From the NCBI GenBank assembly GCA_964471995.1, contig CAYYIR010000001.1, positions 1-33,233 of the forward strand: a stretch of DNA of 33,233 nucleotides, in the 5' to 3' direction. Positions 1-8,628 of the stretch are shown here, piece by piece. The notes beneath the pieces were generated by a model. The model searched no databases, was not told where the DNA came from, and saw only the letters and a list, made by a program, of their open reading frames with translations. Position 1 is the first letter of the stretch; every line of letters starts with the position of its first letter. The stretch comes from an uncultured Nitrospina sp. (GTDB taxonomy: Bacteria; Nitrospinota; Nitrospinia; Nitrospinales; VA-1). A program made the position numbers and the translations under genes.

Positions 1-1888
1 AAGTGATATCCGGCTTATTATCTTTAAATTGAGCTATTGTAGTTTTTAACCATTTTACGTTGTTTTCTTCAAAACGTTTCATATAATCCAAATGGCCCGG
101 GGGAAATTTATTTTCGGAAATATCCCCATATTGTTTTTCTTCAAGGTAGTCAATATATTCATGCGGATCAAAATCTTTTGGCTGTTTCAGGTCGTATTCC
201 TGTTTATAATGACTACCACGAAATTCATCACGCTTTAAAGCCCCTTTTGTAATTATCTTTGAAAGGTGTACCATGCAGTATAACTGGTTTATAAAGCTAG
301 GGGAAGGGTTGGACCAATCAGTGGTGTCTGTACATTTTACATCTTGAAAACGGCCTTCAATATCTTCGATGGCGTGAAGCGCTTTCTCTAATGATTGGTT
401 GTCTCGCACGATGAGTACGTTAGCCAACATGATTTCTCCCAAACTCTGATGCAGTTGATAAGGATTTTCCTGGCCATTCATTTTCTTAATTTCTTTGAAC
501 CGGTTTTTCCAGTGATTACGTGCATCATCGAATACTGTGGAAGGAATGTCATCAACGGATTTCTCCAAAGAGTCAGTGTAGTTCATGATTCCTCGCGCCA
601 TCATCAAGCCGGTATAAATACAACTAAGTAGTGAATTAGCCCCCAGCCTGTTTGCACCGTGATATTGATAATCTGCTTCTCCTGCAGCAAAAAGGCCTTT
701 GATGGACGTCATTTGATTACGAGGAGAACCGTGGTCTATCAAGCCATGCTGGTCTGGGCCATAATCAGTCCAAAGCCCTCCCATGGAATAGTGCACTGCA
801 GGAAAAATTTTCATGGGTTGTTCACGGGGGTCAACTCCTGTGAATTTGGTGTAGATATCCATGATTCCACCTAAACGGTTATCTAAAAACTCTCTCGATT
901 TATGCGTCAGGTCAAGATAAACCATTGGTTCGCCACTGATGCCCATTTTCTGATTGTATACGATATCGTAAATTTCCCGACTTGCAACGTCTCTAGGAAC
1001 GAGGTTTTTAAATAAGGGATACTTTTCTTCAAGAAAATAGAATCTTTCGGACTCTGGGATTTTTTTTGGGTCGCGACTATCATTGGCCTTAAGTGGGACC
1101 CAGATTCTTCCTCCTTCACCGCGAGCCGATTCGCTCATTAGTCTTAATTTATCTTGGCCGGGAATAGCGGTGGGATGAATTTGAATAAATTCTCCATTGG
1201 CGTATTTAGCTCCCTGTAAATAAGCGGTGGTTGCAGCTGCTCCTGTGTTGACCACAGAGTTAGTAGATCGGCCATAAACTTGACCTGGGCCACCCGTTGC
1301 GAGCACCACGGCATCTGCTCGCAGAGTATATATTTCATCTGTTTTTAAATCATGGATTACTGCGCCACGACAAATTCCGTCCGAATCAATTGCAGCACCC
1401 AAATATTCATGCCATTCTAAGGCAGTTGCGTTCCCGTCATGAATGTTACGCCTAACCTGTTCGTCAAGAGCATACACTAATTGCTGTCCGGTAGTGGCTC
1501 CGGCAAAAGCGGTGCGATTATACAGGGTGCCGCCGAATCTTCGAAAATCCAAATGACCTTCACCGGTTCGATTGAAAGCTACACCCATGCGATCCATTAG
1601 GTGAATGATGGCTGGGGCCTGAAAACACATGTCGCGAACCAGAGGTTGATGAGCCAGAAAATCGCCGCCTTTGATAGTGTCGTAAAAATGCTTTTCTGGA
1701 GTATCTCCCTCGTTTTTAGCATCGATCGCAGCATTGATACCCCCCTGTGCACAAACAGAATGAGAACGTTTTAAGGATTGGTAGGAGACAATTGTCACTT
1801 CCCCATTTCGTTCACAAAACTTCATTGCTAGGGCTAATCCCGCCAACCCACCTCCAATGATTACTATTTTTTTCCTACGGTTCATCAT
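1..1888 (-). CDS. sdhA: Succinate dehydrogenase / fumarate reductase flavoprotein subunit (N-terminus complete, C-terminus runs off the left edge of the window)
   Basis: Hand translation of the minus strand from ATG at 1888..1886 stays open to position 1. It is absent from the ORF track because no stop lies in the window. N-terminus is MMNRRKKIVIIGGGLAGLALAM (FAD Rossmann GxGxxG). Also present: RSHSVCAQGGINAA (covalent-FAD His motif), IHPTAIPG, RLMSESARGEGG, HYSMGGLW and GANRLGANSLL. The start lies 5 nt after the stop of the upstream cytochrome b gene. Confidence 0.9.
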   Translation of the reverse strand, partial: MMNRRKKIVIIGGGLAGLALAMKFCERNGEVTIVSYQSLKRSHSVCAQGGINAAIDAKNEGDTPEKHFYDTIKGGDFLAHQPLVRDMCFQAPAIIHLMDRMGVAFNRTGEGHLDFRRFGGTLYNRTAFAGATTGQQLVYALDEQVRRNIHDGNATALEWHEYLGAAIDSDGICRGAVIHDLKTDEIYTLRADAVVLATGGPGQVYGRSTNSVVNTGAAATTAYLQGAKYANGEFIQIHPTAIPGQDKLRLMSESARGEGGRIWVPLKANDSRDPKKIPESERFYFLEEKYPLFKNLVPRDVASREIYDIVYNQKMGISGEPMVYLDLTHKSREFLDNRLGGIMDIYTKFTGVDPREQPMKIFPAVHYSMGGLWTDYGPDQHGLIDHGSPRNQMTSIKGLFAAGEADYQYHGANRLGANSLLSCIYTGLMMARGIMNYTDSLEKSVDDIPSTVFDDARNHWKNRFKEIKKMNGQENPYQLHQSLGEIMLANVLIVRDNQSLEKALHAIEDIEGRFQDVKCTDTTDWSNPSPSFINQLYCMVHLSKIITKGALKRDEFRGSHYKQEYDLKQPKDFDPHEYIDYLEEKQYGDISENKFPPGHLDYMKRFEENNVKWLKTTIAQFKDNKPDIT

Positions 1889-1892
1889 ATTG

Positions 1893-2570
1893 TTAACCTA
1901 CGACCGTCGCTTCCACTGGAATTGGATGCATATAGAATTCGAGCACAGTGGCCAACCCCAAGAATGTTAAGCCAACTCCAATAGCAGTAAATACGATGGC
2001 TCCATTTCGCTGGGCATTTTTACCAATTAGAATTCCCCAAGAGACACAAAAGCCCCAGAGTCCATTGCTAAAATGAAAAGTCGCCGAAACTATACCAATG
2101 GTATAAATCACGATTCCTTGTACTGTTTGGAATTCTCCATTAAGAATACCCATTAAAAAAGGCGCGGCTTCAAAATGATGCTTGCCTTCCCACATTTTGG
2201 CTCCAACCGTGGTGCCCATATGATAAATTAGGAAAATAAAAGTTATAGCTCCTGTTAAACGCTGTAGAGTATAAAGCCAGTTGCGTTGGTGTCGGTATCG
2301 AAACACATTGGTCTGACCGATGTGTACGACATAAAAACCCATAAGCGAATGAAAAAGGAGTGGAATATAAATAAAGCCAATTTCAATGAAAAGTAGAAAA
2401 GGCAAATTGTTGAGTACATCGATGCTCAACTGGTACGGTAAAACACCCACTGTTCTGAGAGAATTGATAGATAAATGAATAACAAGAAACGCCCCAATAG
2501 GAACGATTCCTGTTAGAGAATGAACCTTCAAGAGAAGATAGTGGATTTCGTCTTTAGTAGGTCTGAGCAT
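1893..2570 (-). CDS. sdhC: Succinate dehydrogenase / fumarate reductase dihaem cytochrome b membrane subunit (single-subunit, type-B-like anchor)
   Basis: 225 aa, ATG start. Roughly five hydrophobic segments with several His residues inside them (HLSINS, LFHSLMG, IYHMG, TFHFSNG). It sits immediately upstream of the flavoprotein gene and is co-directional with it. Confidence 0.75.
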   Translation of the reverse strand: MLRPTKDEIHYLLLKVHSLTGIVPIGAFLVIHLSINSLRTVGVLPYQLSIDVLNNLPFLLFIEIGFIYIPLLFHSLMGFYVVHIGQTNVFRYRHQRNWLYTLQRLTGAITFIFLIYHMGTTVGAKMWEGKHHFEAAPFLMGILNGEFQTVQGIVIYTIGIVSATFHFSNGLWGFCVSWGILIGKNAQRNGAIVFTAIGVGLTFLGLATVLEFYMHPIPVEATVVG

Positions 2571-2641
2571 AAGCAGATAATATTAGATCTATCCAGTTAA
2601 TGAAAGTTGCCATAAAACTAGTAAATCCAAATTCAGGTCGT

Positions 2642-2670
2642 ATTCTCACGCAGAATTTGGAATCGTACAA
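2642..2670 (-). promoter_or_regulatory. Candidate sigma70-type promoter for the sdhC-sdhA operon
   Basis: Minus strand reads TTGTAC (2670..2665), a 17 nt spacer, then GAGAAT (2647..2642), about 70 nt upstream of the sdhC ATG. The hexamers are weak and the DNA is AT-rich, so a chance match is possible. Confidence 0.25.
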
Positions 2671-2732
2671 GGTTAATCATTTAAAAAAAATTAAACTATT
2701 GTTTTTTGTATATTTTTAAGAGTAGGCAGTGC

Positions 2733-3008
2733 TTAGAAATCGGCCTCAAGTAGGGGTCGTTGTTTGAAATCTGGGTTGTTAGGCTTGTCTTCAGTAGAAA
2801 TTTTTAGATGCTCTGGGTCATTAACATGCAAGTCTACGAAGCCGCATCTGCCACATACACTGGGTTGTAAGGGTACATTTTTCTCTATTCCATGTTCATT
2901 TCGTACCACTACCACCAGATCCATTGTTTTACTATTTCTAAGACCGATGTCACCTTTAAGAATGCTTTTTTTCCCGCATTTGCTGCAGGTATCCCGGTTT
3001 TTTGACAT
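2733..3008 (-). CDS. Small zinc-ribbon protein (hypothetical)
   Basis: 91 aa with two CxxC pairs about 40 residues apart (CSKCG ... CGRCG), which is a zinc-ribbon signature. No other recognisable family. Confidence 0.5.
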   Translation of the reverse strand: MSKNRDTCSKCGKKSILKGDIGLRNSKTMDLVVVVRNEHGIEKNVPLQPSVCGRCGFVDLHVNDPEHLKISTEDKPNNPDFKQRPLLEADF

Positions 3009-3321
3009 GCCGGGTCTCCTTGTTTTTTGTGAACGGATTACTTTGTCTAAATAAAGATCATTCTAGCACAACAAAACAGAATCTAACAGTAGGTGGCCAG
3101 CTTTTACTGGAGTATCCCATTATATAATCTAAAAAAGGGGTAAGAAAAATTTCACATTCTTTTTAATGTGATCCATTTTGTTGGTTATGTCTAATCGTAT
3201 CTCAGTTCCTCTAAACTAGTAAGGAGATGAAGAATGTTATAATCATCAAAATCAAAAACCAAGCCAAATTTTTTTATTCATCAAGTTTCAGCCTTGTTTT
3301 TGGGAGAATAAATTTTTGCTT

Positions 3322-4284
3322 ATGATGCAAAATGGTACATATAAAAAAATTTTAGTTTATTTAACCCACGCACAAGTAGATGCTTGGAACTTTAAACCCG
3401 AGCACAAGGGACTTTTAGAATCACGTCTCTCTGGCACCACTGTTCAAATTTGTGCAAATCCCAACGAATTTAAGGACAATTTGCCCGGAGCTAATATAGC
3501 CATTGTCTGGTTTTTTAAAGAAGAATGGTTAGCAAGGGCACCAAGATTAAAACTTATTGCTACTCCTGCTGCAGGAAAAGACTGGATTACCTGGCAGCCT
3601 CCAGAAAACTTAAAGCTTTCGTTTGGTGGATTTCATGGGCCGATAATCTCAGAAAGTGTCCTTGGTGCAATGCTCCATTTTATAAAAGTTTTTCCCTTAT
3701 CAAAGGCGATGCAGCAAAAGAAAAAATGGGCCCGTGTAAAAATTTCTACTCAACAGCAATCACTTTATAAGTCAAGGGTTACTATTTTAGGTTTTGGCAA
3801 AATTGGTATTACTCTTGGGAGGTTCTTAAAACAATTTGGTTGTGGCATTACTGGAATTAAACGTACCGAAATGGATAATCCAGATTATTTTAACGCACAA
3901 GATAATATTCTTACTTTCGATGAATTGGAATCGATATTACCAGAAACAGACCATTTTATATGTGCATTACCTGGAGGAGAGGAAACAAAAGAAATCATAA
4001 GACCAAGGCATTTTAAAAAGCTTCCAAAAAGGTCCTTTTTGTATAATGTTGGGCGTGGAAATATATATAAAGAATCAGATCTTGTCCGTGCTTTACAAAG
4101 TGAGGAAATCGCAGGAGCCTATCTAGATGTATTTGGTGAGGAACCTTTGCCCAAGACCTCAACTCTTTGGGAATTAAATAACGTTCTAATTCAACCACAT
4201 ATATCCGCGGCTTCGCCGCAATATTTAGAGTTGTTTGTGGAAGAACTTGCTCAAAAAATTAAGGGTCAAACCCGATGGAAATAG
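3322..4284 (+). CDS. D-isomer-specific 2-hydroxyacid dehydrogenase family protein (NAD(P)-binding)
   Basis: Dinucleotide-binding loop ILGFGKIGITLGRFLKQFG. Catalytic-region motifs YNVGRGN, AGAYLDVFGEEPLP and IQPHISAAS (Arg/Glu/His triad pattern). The track ORF opens at TTG 3316; ATG at 3322 or 3325 is the more likely start. Confidence 0.85.
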   Translation: MMQNGTYKKILVYLTHAQVDAWNFKPEHKGLLESRLSGTTVQICANPNEFKDNLPGANIAIVWFFKEEWLARAPRLKLIATPAAGKDWITWQPPENLKLSFGGFHGPIISESVLGAMLHFIKVFPLSKAMQQKKKWARVKISTQQQSLYKSRVTILGFGKIGITLGRFLKQFGCGITGIKRTEMDNPDYFNAQDNILTFDELESILPETDHFICALPGGEETKEIIRPRHFKKLPKRSFLYNVGRGNIYKESDLVRALQSEEIAGAYLDVFGEEPLPKTSTLWELNNVLIQPHISAASPQYLELFVEELAQKIKGQTRWK

Positions 4285-4383
4285 TGGGGTTTTGATTAGA
4301 TAGAAATACTTTTATTTTTTCTAAACTTTACCTTTACAAAGGCAATATTAAATTGGAGTTTATTATCGAGAGTGAGTCGAACA

Positions 4384-4415
4384 TAAAAAAATGGGAGAGG
4401 CTTAAAGCCTCTCCC
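4384..4415 (-). terminator. Rho-independent terminator after pnp (possibly bidirectional, also closing the convergent dehydrogenase gene)
   Basis: Minus-strand RNA is GGGAGAGGC-UUUAA-GCCUCUCCC (9 bp GC-rich stem), then A and U7. It starts 20 nt downstream of the pnp stop. On the plus strand the same stem is followed by a looser T-rich tract. Confidence 0.8.
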
Positions 4416-4434
4416 AATTAGTGATTATTTTTTA

Positions 4435-6537
4435 TCAGGTAGAAGGGACTGTTTCTAATCCATCTTTCAAGGCTTCTTTCCTGCTAAGTTTTACTTTGCC
4501 CTGCTGATCGACATCGATGACTTTGACTTTGATTTCGTCGCCTTCCTGGATTTCATCACTTACATTTTTAATACGACGATCGCAAATCTGCGAGATGTGG
4601 ACGAGCCCATCGGTACCTGGAAAAATTTCTACAAAAGCACCAAAGTCTACGATCTTTTTTACTTTGCCCAAATAAATTTTTCCGACCTCTACTTCTTGGG
4701 TAAGGTTTTCAACGAACTCTACAGCTTTTGCTGCTGCTTGGGCATCCGCTGAGGCAATGGACACCAATCCTTCGTCGTTTATGTCGATCGAAACTCCAGT
4801 TTTGTCAATGATCTCACGAATGACTTTACCACCTGGTCCAATGACATCTCTAATCTTATCTTTCGCAATCGTTAGAGTGACTATTCTTGGCGCATGCTGG
4901 TTTATTTCATTACGTGGCTGTGAAAGTGCTTTGTCCATTTCACCAAGAATATGTAGACGCCCTTCTTTAGCTTGTTGAAGGGCTGTTTTCATTAGATCGC
5001 GATCCAACCCTGTTATTTTAATGTCCATTTGCAATGCGGTGATCCCGTTAGCTGTTCCCGCAACTTTAAAGTCCATATCTCCCAGATGATCTTCCGAACC
5101 TAGGATATCGGAAAGGATGGCAACACGATCATTGTCTTTTATGAGCCCCATCGCGATTCCAGCTACTGGTGCTTTAATGGGAATGCCGGCATCCATCATG
5201 GATAATGATCCTCCACATACGGAGGCCATGGATGAAGAGCCGTTCGATTCCAAAATCTCGGAAACAATTCGAATGGTATATGGAAAATCATCTTTGCTAG
5301 GAAGAATAGGGATTAAAGAGCGTTCGGCTAGCATACCGTGCCCAATCTCTCTTCGACCGGGTCCAGAAATAAATTTTACCTCGCCGGTACAGAATGCGGG
5401 AAAGTTATAATGCAGTAAAAATGACTTGGTGCCTTTAAATTCCAGGCTGTCCATTCTTTGTTCATCGGCAGATGTTCCTAGAGTGGCAGTAACCAGTGCC
5501 TGAGTTTCACCACGAGTAAAAACAGCAGAGCCATGCACCCTGGGCAAATAACTCGTCATAATACTTATAGGGCGAACGTCCGACAGCCCTCTGCCATCAA
5601 CACGATAATGTTTGTCGAGAATTAGGTTACGCACTGTGGTTTTCTCCAGATCATGGAATAGCTCTTTTATTTCTCCTTTGATACTTTCATCTTCATCTGG
5701 GTTTAGTTCGGTACAAAGATCCTCTTGGATTTGCTTAACAGCATCACCACGTTCATGTTTTCCGGGGATTTGGCATGCAGCATTAAGTTTTTCTGCGGCC
5801 TTATTATTAATGGTTTTCCTAAGTTCTTCATTAATTGGTGTAGACTCAACAACCAATTTATCTTTCCCAAGAAGTTGACGTAATTGCGTTTGGATGCCAA
5901 TGATTTTTTTAATTCGCTCATGCCCAAAATCTAAAGCCTCCATCATGTCATCCTCACTAACTTCGTTGGCTCCTGACTCAACCATTACGATTCCATCAGC
6001 AGTTCCAGCCATTATAAGGTTGAGATCGCTATTAGCGGTTTGTTCATAATTGGGGTTAAAAATAAGTTTTCCATCGACTCTTGAAATTCTGGCGCCTGCT
6101 ACCGGGTTTTCAAAAGGAATGTCTGAGATCATTAATGCTGCGGATGCTCCAGTAATGGCATTGACATCCGGTGGGTTTTCTCCGTCATGGGAAATAACCA
6201 TGGCAACAATTTGTGTTTCGTTTTTAAATTCCTTTGGGAATAGAGGGCGAATCGGTCGGTCGATCAATCTACAGATCAAGGTTTCCAACTCTCCCGGTCG
6301 GGCTTCTCGTTTAAAAAAGCTGCCGGGGATTTTACCTGCAGCGTAAGTTTTTTCGCGATAGTCCACAGTTAGAGGAAAAAAATCTATGCCCTCACGAGCA
6401 GAACCCGCCATGGTGGCAGCGACCAATACCATTGTATCGCCTTGGCGCACTATAACTGCTCCCCCTGCTTGCCGAGCTAGGTCACCCGCTTCTAACGAAA
6501 TTAATTTTCCATCAATATCTATTTCTACTTTTTCCAT
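4435..6537 (-). CDS. pnp: Polyribonucleotide nucleotidyltransferase (PNPase)
   Basis: Two RNase PH-like cores followed by KH (VIGPGGKVIREI) and S1 (GKVKKIVDFGAFVEI) domains. The track ORF starts at TTG 6651 and would overlap rpsO. ATG at 6537 (MEKVEIDIDGK...) has GGAG 8 nt upstream and gives a typical 700 aa protein. Confidence 0.95.
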   Translation of the reverse strand: MEKVEIDIDGKLISLEAGDLARQAGGAVIVRQGDTMVLVAATMAGSAREGIDFFPLTVDYREKTYAAGKIPGSFFKREARPGELETLICRLIDRPIRPLFPKEFKNETQIVAMVISHDGENPPDVNAITGASAALMISDIPFENPVAGARISRVDGKLIFNPNYEQTANSDLNLIMAGTADGIVMVESGANEVSEDDMMEALDFGHERIKKIIGIQTQLRQLLGKDKLVVESTPINEELRKTINNKAAEKLNAACQIPGKHERGDAVKQIQEDLCTELNPDEDESIKGEIKELFHDLEKTTVRNLILDKHYRVDGRGLSDVRPISIMTSYLPRVHGSAVFTRGETQALVTATLGTSADEQRMDSLEFKGTKSFLLHYNFPAFCTGEVKFISGPGRREIGHGMLAERSLIPILPSKDDFPYTIRIVSEILESNGSSSMASVCGGSLSMMDAGIPIKAPVAGIAMGLIKDNDRVAILSDILGSEDHLGDMDFKVAGTANGITALQMDIKITGLDRDLMKTALQQAKEGRLHILGEMDKALSQPRNEINQHAPRIVTLTIAKDKIRDVIGPGGKVIREIIDKTGVSIDINDEGLVSIASADAQAAAKAVEFVENLTQEVEVGKIYLGKVKKIVDFGAFVEIFPGTDGLVHISQICDRRIKNVSDEIQEGDEIKVKVIDVDQQGKVKLSRKEALKDGLETVPST

Positions 6538-6595
6538 TAATATTTCTCCAATATCTGATCCTAAACTTTTGTTAGGGTTGTGTGTTGTTGCGCGG

Positions 6596-6865
6596 TTATC
6601 TGCGGATGCCAAGTTTTGAAATGATTTTTTGGTATCGGCTAAGGTCTTCAATTTTCAAGTGATCAAGAAGCTTTCTTCTTTTGCTGACCAGTTTAAGCAG
6701 CCCGCGTCTGGAATGATGGTCTTTTGAATGGGTCTTAAAATGCTCTGTTAAGTAAGTTACCCGTTTTGATATAAGAGCGATTTGCACCTCAGAAGACCCG
6801 GTGTCTTTTTCATTTAACTTGTTATCTGTGATAATAGTCGCTTTTTGTTCAGCATTTAGTGCCAT
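6596..6865 (-). CDS. rpsO: 30S ribosomal protein S15
   Basis: 89 aa, including [52 protein letters not shown] lies 8 nt upstream of the ATG. Confidence 0.97.
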   Translation of the reverse strand: MALNAEQKATIITDNKLNEKDTGSSEVQIALISKRVTYLTEHFKTHSKDHHSRRGLLKLVSKRRKLLDHLKIEDLSRYQKIISKLGIRR

Positions 6866-6899
6866 GTTTGTTTCTCCAACTTGTTAATTTTAGAAAATT

Positions 6900-6970
6900 G
6901 ATTGGAGAATGTTTTCGTAGAAAGATCCCTGATTTTGTTTGTGGGACACTCCTGCGAAAACATTCCAATC
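6900..6970 (-). promoter_or_regulatory. Long imperfect hairpin in the truB-rpsO spacer (candidate rpsO leader/S15 autoregulatory element or truB attenuator)
   Basis: 6900-6917 pairs with 6955-6970: 16 bp with one 2-nt bulge (A6906, G6907) around a 37-nt apical region. It lies between the truB stop (6988) and the rpsO SD/ATG (6877/6865). Confidence 0.4.
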
Positions 6971-6987
6971 TTTTTTCATTTAAATTA

Positions 6988-7968
6988 CTAATTAATTAAA
7001 ACACGCTTTGATTTAAAAGCGATGTCGTTTCCATCCATTTTGTCAAATTTCTCCTTATTTACCAAAGGCTCAACAATGGCCAATATTGCCTCACTTCCGT
7101 TTGATACCCTGAGGTTCATTCCTGGTTTAAAATTATCGGGAAATGACTTAAAGGATCTTTTTGTCAAAGGTTTGCCGTTTGCCAGAGCTTTGACATACAT
7201 ATCTTTAATGCAAAGTTCAGGAAGAAATGTCAGAACCTTTTCTATTGGAAAAAGCACCTCGTCCAGAAGGTTATTTTCACTGGCTTTTTTTAAATCATCC
7301 AGAGTGATGGATGATTTTAAATTAAATAATCCAATTCCATTTCTTACTAGATCGGACATATTTGCTCCACACCCCAATTTTTGTCCAATATCATGGCACA
7401 GGGTGCGTATATATGTCCCAGCTGAACAATGAACTTCGAATTTTACCTGATTGTTCTCCCTACTGACAAATTCTATGGAGAAAAAATTAATGGAAACAGC
7501 TTTTCTTTCGATAGTAATACCACTTCTGGCTAATTTGTAAAGGGGAATTCCTTTGTTTTTCTTAGCCGAATACATCGGGGGTACCTGTTTTTGCTCACCA
7601 CAAAACTCTTGCAATACTCCCTTAATCTGATCTGTGGTCACTCCTGTTGTATCTTTTTTGGATATTACTCTACCCATGGCATCCTGAGTATCAGTAGTTG
7701 TTCCCAGCTCCATAACACATTGATAATGCTTGGATAAGGGCGATAAAAACTGGATGATTCGGGTGGATTGACCGATGCAAATTGGAAGAATACCTTCTGC
7801 TATGGGATCCAGAGTGCCAATATGGCCTGCTTTTTTTATACCTAGTATCCTTTTTACCTGATTTACCATAGAAAAGGATGTGGGACCTTTAGGTTTGTAT
7901 AAGTTTACTATCCGATTCTGGATGCAAGTCATTGAGGATTCTGGTGATTTTTTCAACATGTTCGGCAT
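6988..7968 (-). CDS. truB: tRNA pseudouridine(55) synthase
   Basis: NLYKPKGPTSFSMVNQVKRILGIKKAGHIGTLDPIAEGILPICIG contains the catalytic Asp motif; a C-terminal PUA-like region follows. Start is uncertain (ATG at 7968, 7959 or 7932). Every candidate overlaps the 3' end of rbfA. Confidence 0.9.
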   Translation of the reverse strand: MPNMLKKSPESSMTCIQNRIVNLYKPKGPTSFSMVNQVKRILGIKKAGHIGTLDPIAEGILPICIGQSTRIIQFLSPLSKHYQCVMELGTTTDTQDAMGRVISKKDTTGVTTDQIKGVLQEFCGEQKQVPPMYSAKKNKGIPLYKLARSGITIERKAVSINFFSIEFVSRENNQVKFEVHCSAGTYIRTLCHDIGQKLGCGANMSDLVRNGIGLFNLKSSITLDDLKKASENNLLDEVLFPIEKVLTFLPELCIKDMYVKALANGKPLTKRSFKSFPDNFKPGMNLRVSNGSEAILAIVEPLVNKEKFDKMDGNDIAFKSKRVLIN

Positions 7969-8263
7969 TTTCGTCTTTTTTAAATTCTAGGTCAGGCAGA
8001 TATTTTAAATAAAGGTTTTTACCTAAAGTATTCTTTATAAACCCTTTGGCGCTTTTCAATGCATTCAGGGTATCGCTTTTTTCTTTTTCAGATCCCATCA
8101 CGCTTACAAAAATTTTTGCGTGTTTTAGATTATCTGAAACTTCAACTCGGGTAAGGGTTGCAAATCCGATTCGAGGATCTTTTAATCCATCTTGAAGAAG
8201 CTTTGAAATTTCTTCAAGAAGTAGCTCTTGGATTCTTTGGGAACGTTTGAATCTCATAGCCAC
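7889..8263 (-). CDS. rbfA: Ribosome-binding factor A
   Basis: 124 aa, including RSQRIQELLLEEISKLLQDGLKDPRIGFATLTRVEVSDNLKHAKIFVS, the typical RbfA KH-like core. Confidence 0.93.
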   Translation of the reverse strand: MAMRFKRSQRIQELLLEEISKLLQDGLKDPRIGFATLTRVEVSDNLKHAKIFVSVMGSEKEKSDTLNALKSAKGFIKNTLGKNLYLKYLPDLEFKKDENAEHVEKITRILNDLHPESDSKLIQT

Positions 8264-8302
8264 ACCTTTTATTTTTAATTAATCTATAAAGATATAAAGT
8301 TC

Positions 8303-8605
8303 TTAATAGTTTTCCGAACCTATGTTCAATATCTCTGTTTTGCAATCTACGATTTCAGCGAGATTCATTCTATCTATTGCATCAATTACTTTACTCAGTA
8401 AACCATCGATATATGGTTGGTTTACACCCACAGCGGAAATCCCTAAATTAATACTTTTCCAAACATCCTGATCACCAACTTCGGCAACGGAAACATTGAA
8501 ATCATTTTTCAAGCGATCTTTTATAGCCTTTACAACACGCCTTTTGCCTTTTAATGAGTTGTTGCCATGTAAGTAAAGCTTTACTAAACAGCAGCCAATA
8601 ACCAT
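8303..8605 (-). CDS. DUF503 (YlxP-like) protein
   Basis: 100 aa. SLKGKRRVVKAIKDRLKNDFNVSVAEVGDQDVWKSINLGISAVG resembles B. subtilis YlxP, and the gene occupies the same infB-rbfA slot. Confidence 0.75.
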   Translation of the reverse strand: MVIGCCLVKLYLHGNNSLKGKRRVVKAIKDRLKNDFNVSVAEVGDQDVWKSINLGISAVGVNQPYIDGLLSKVIDAIDRMNLAEIVDCKTEILNIGSENY

Positions 8606-8628
8606 TGCCCTTTTTCAGTTTTAACGGA

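Noticed and set aside
3152-3171. TCACATT-N6-AATGTGA palindrome upstream of the 2-hydroxyacid dehydrogenase gene, reminiscent of CRP half-sites
   Set aside because: The half-sites are in the opposite order to the CRP consensus (TGTGA-N6-TCACA), the stem is only 7 bp, and no adjacent promoter hexamers are convincing. It is not called as a CRP/FNR site.
6538-6651. 38-codon N-terminal extension of pnp starting at TTG 6651
   Set aside because: It would overlap the last 56 nt of rpsO and adds a non-conserved peptide. ATG 6537 has a GGAG SD and yields the canonical PNPase N-terminus and length.
7022-7432. 136-aa plus-strand ORF antisense to truB, and similar antisense ORFs at 17986..18408, 22986..23300, 12078..12357 and 5117..5410
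   Set aside because: All lie fully inside strongly supported minus-strand genes. None has an SD or a recognisable motif. All have the composition expected of shadow ORFs in AT-rich DNA.
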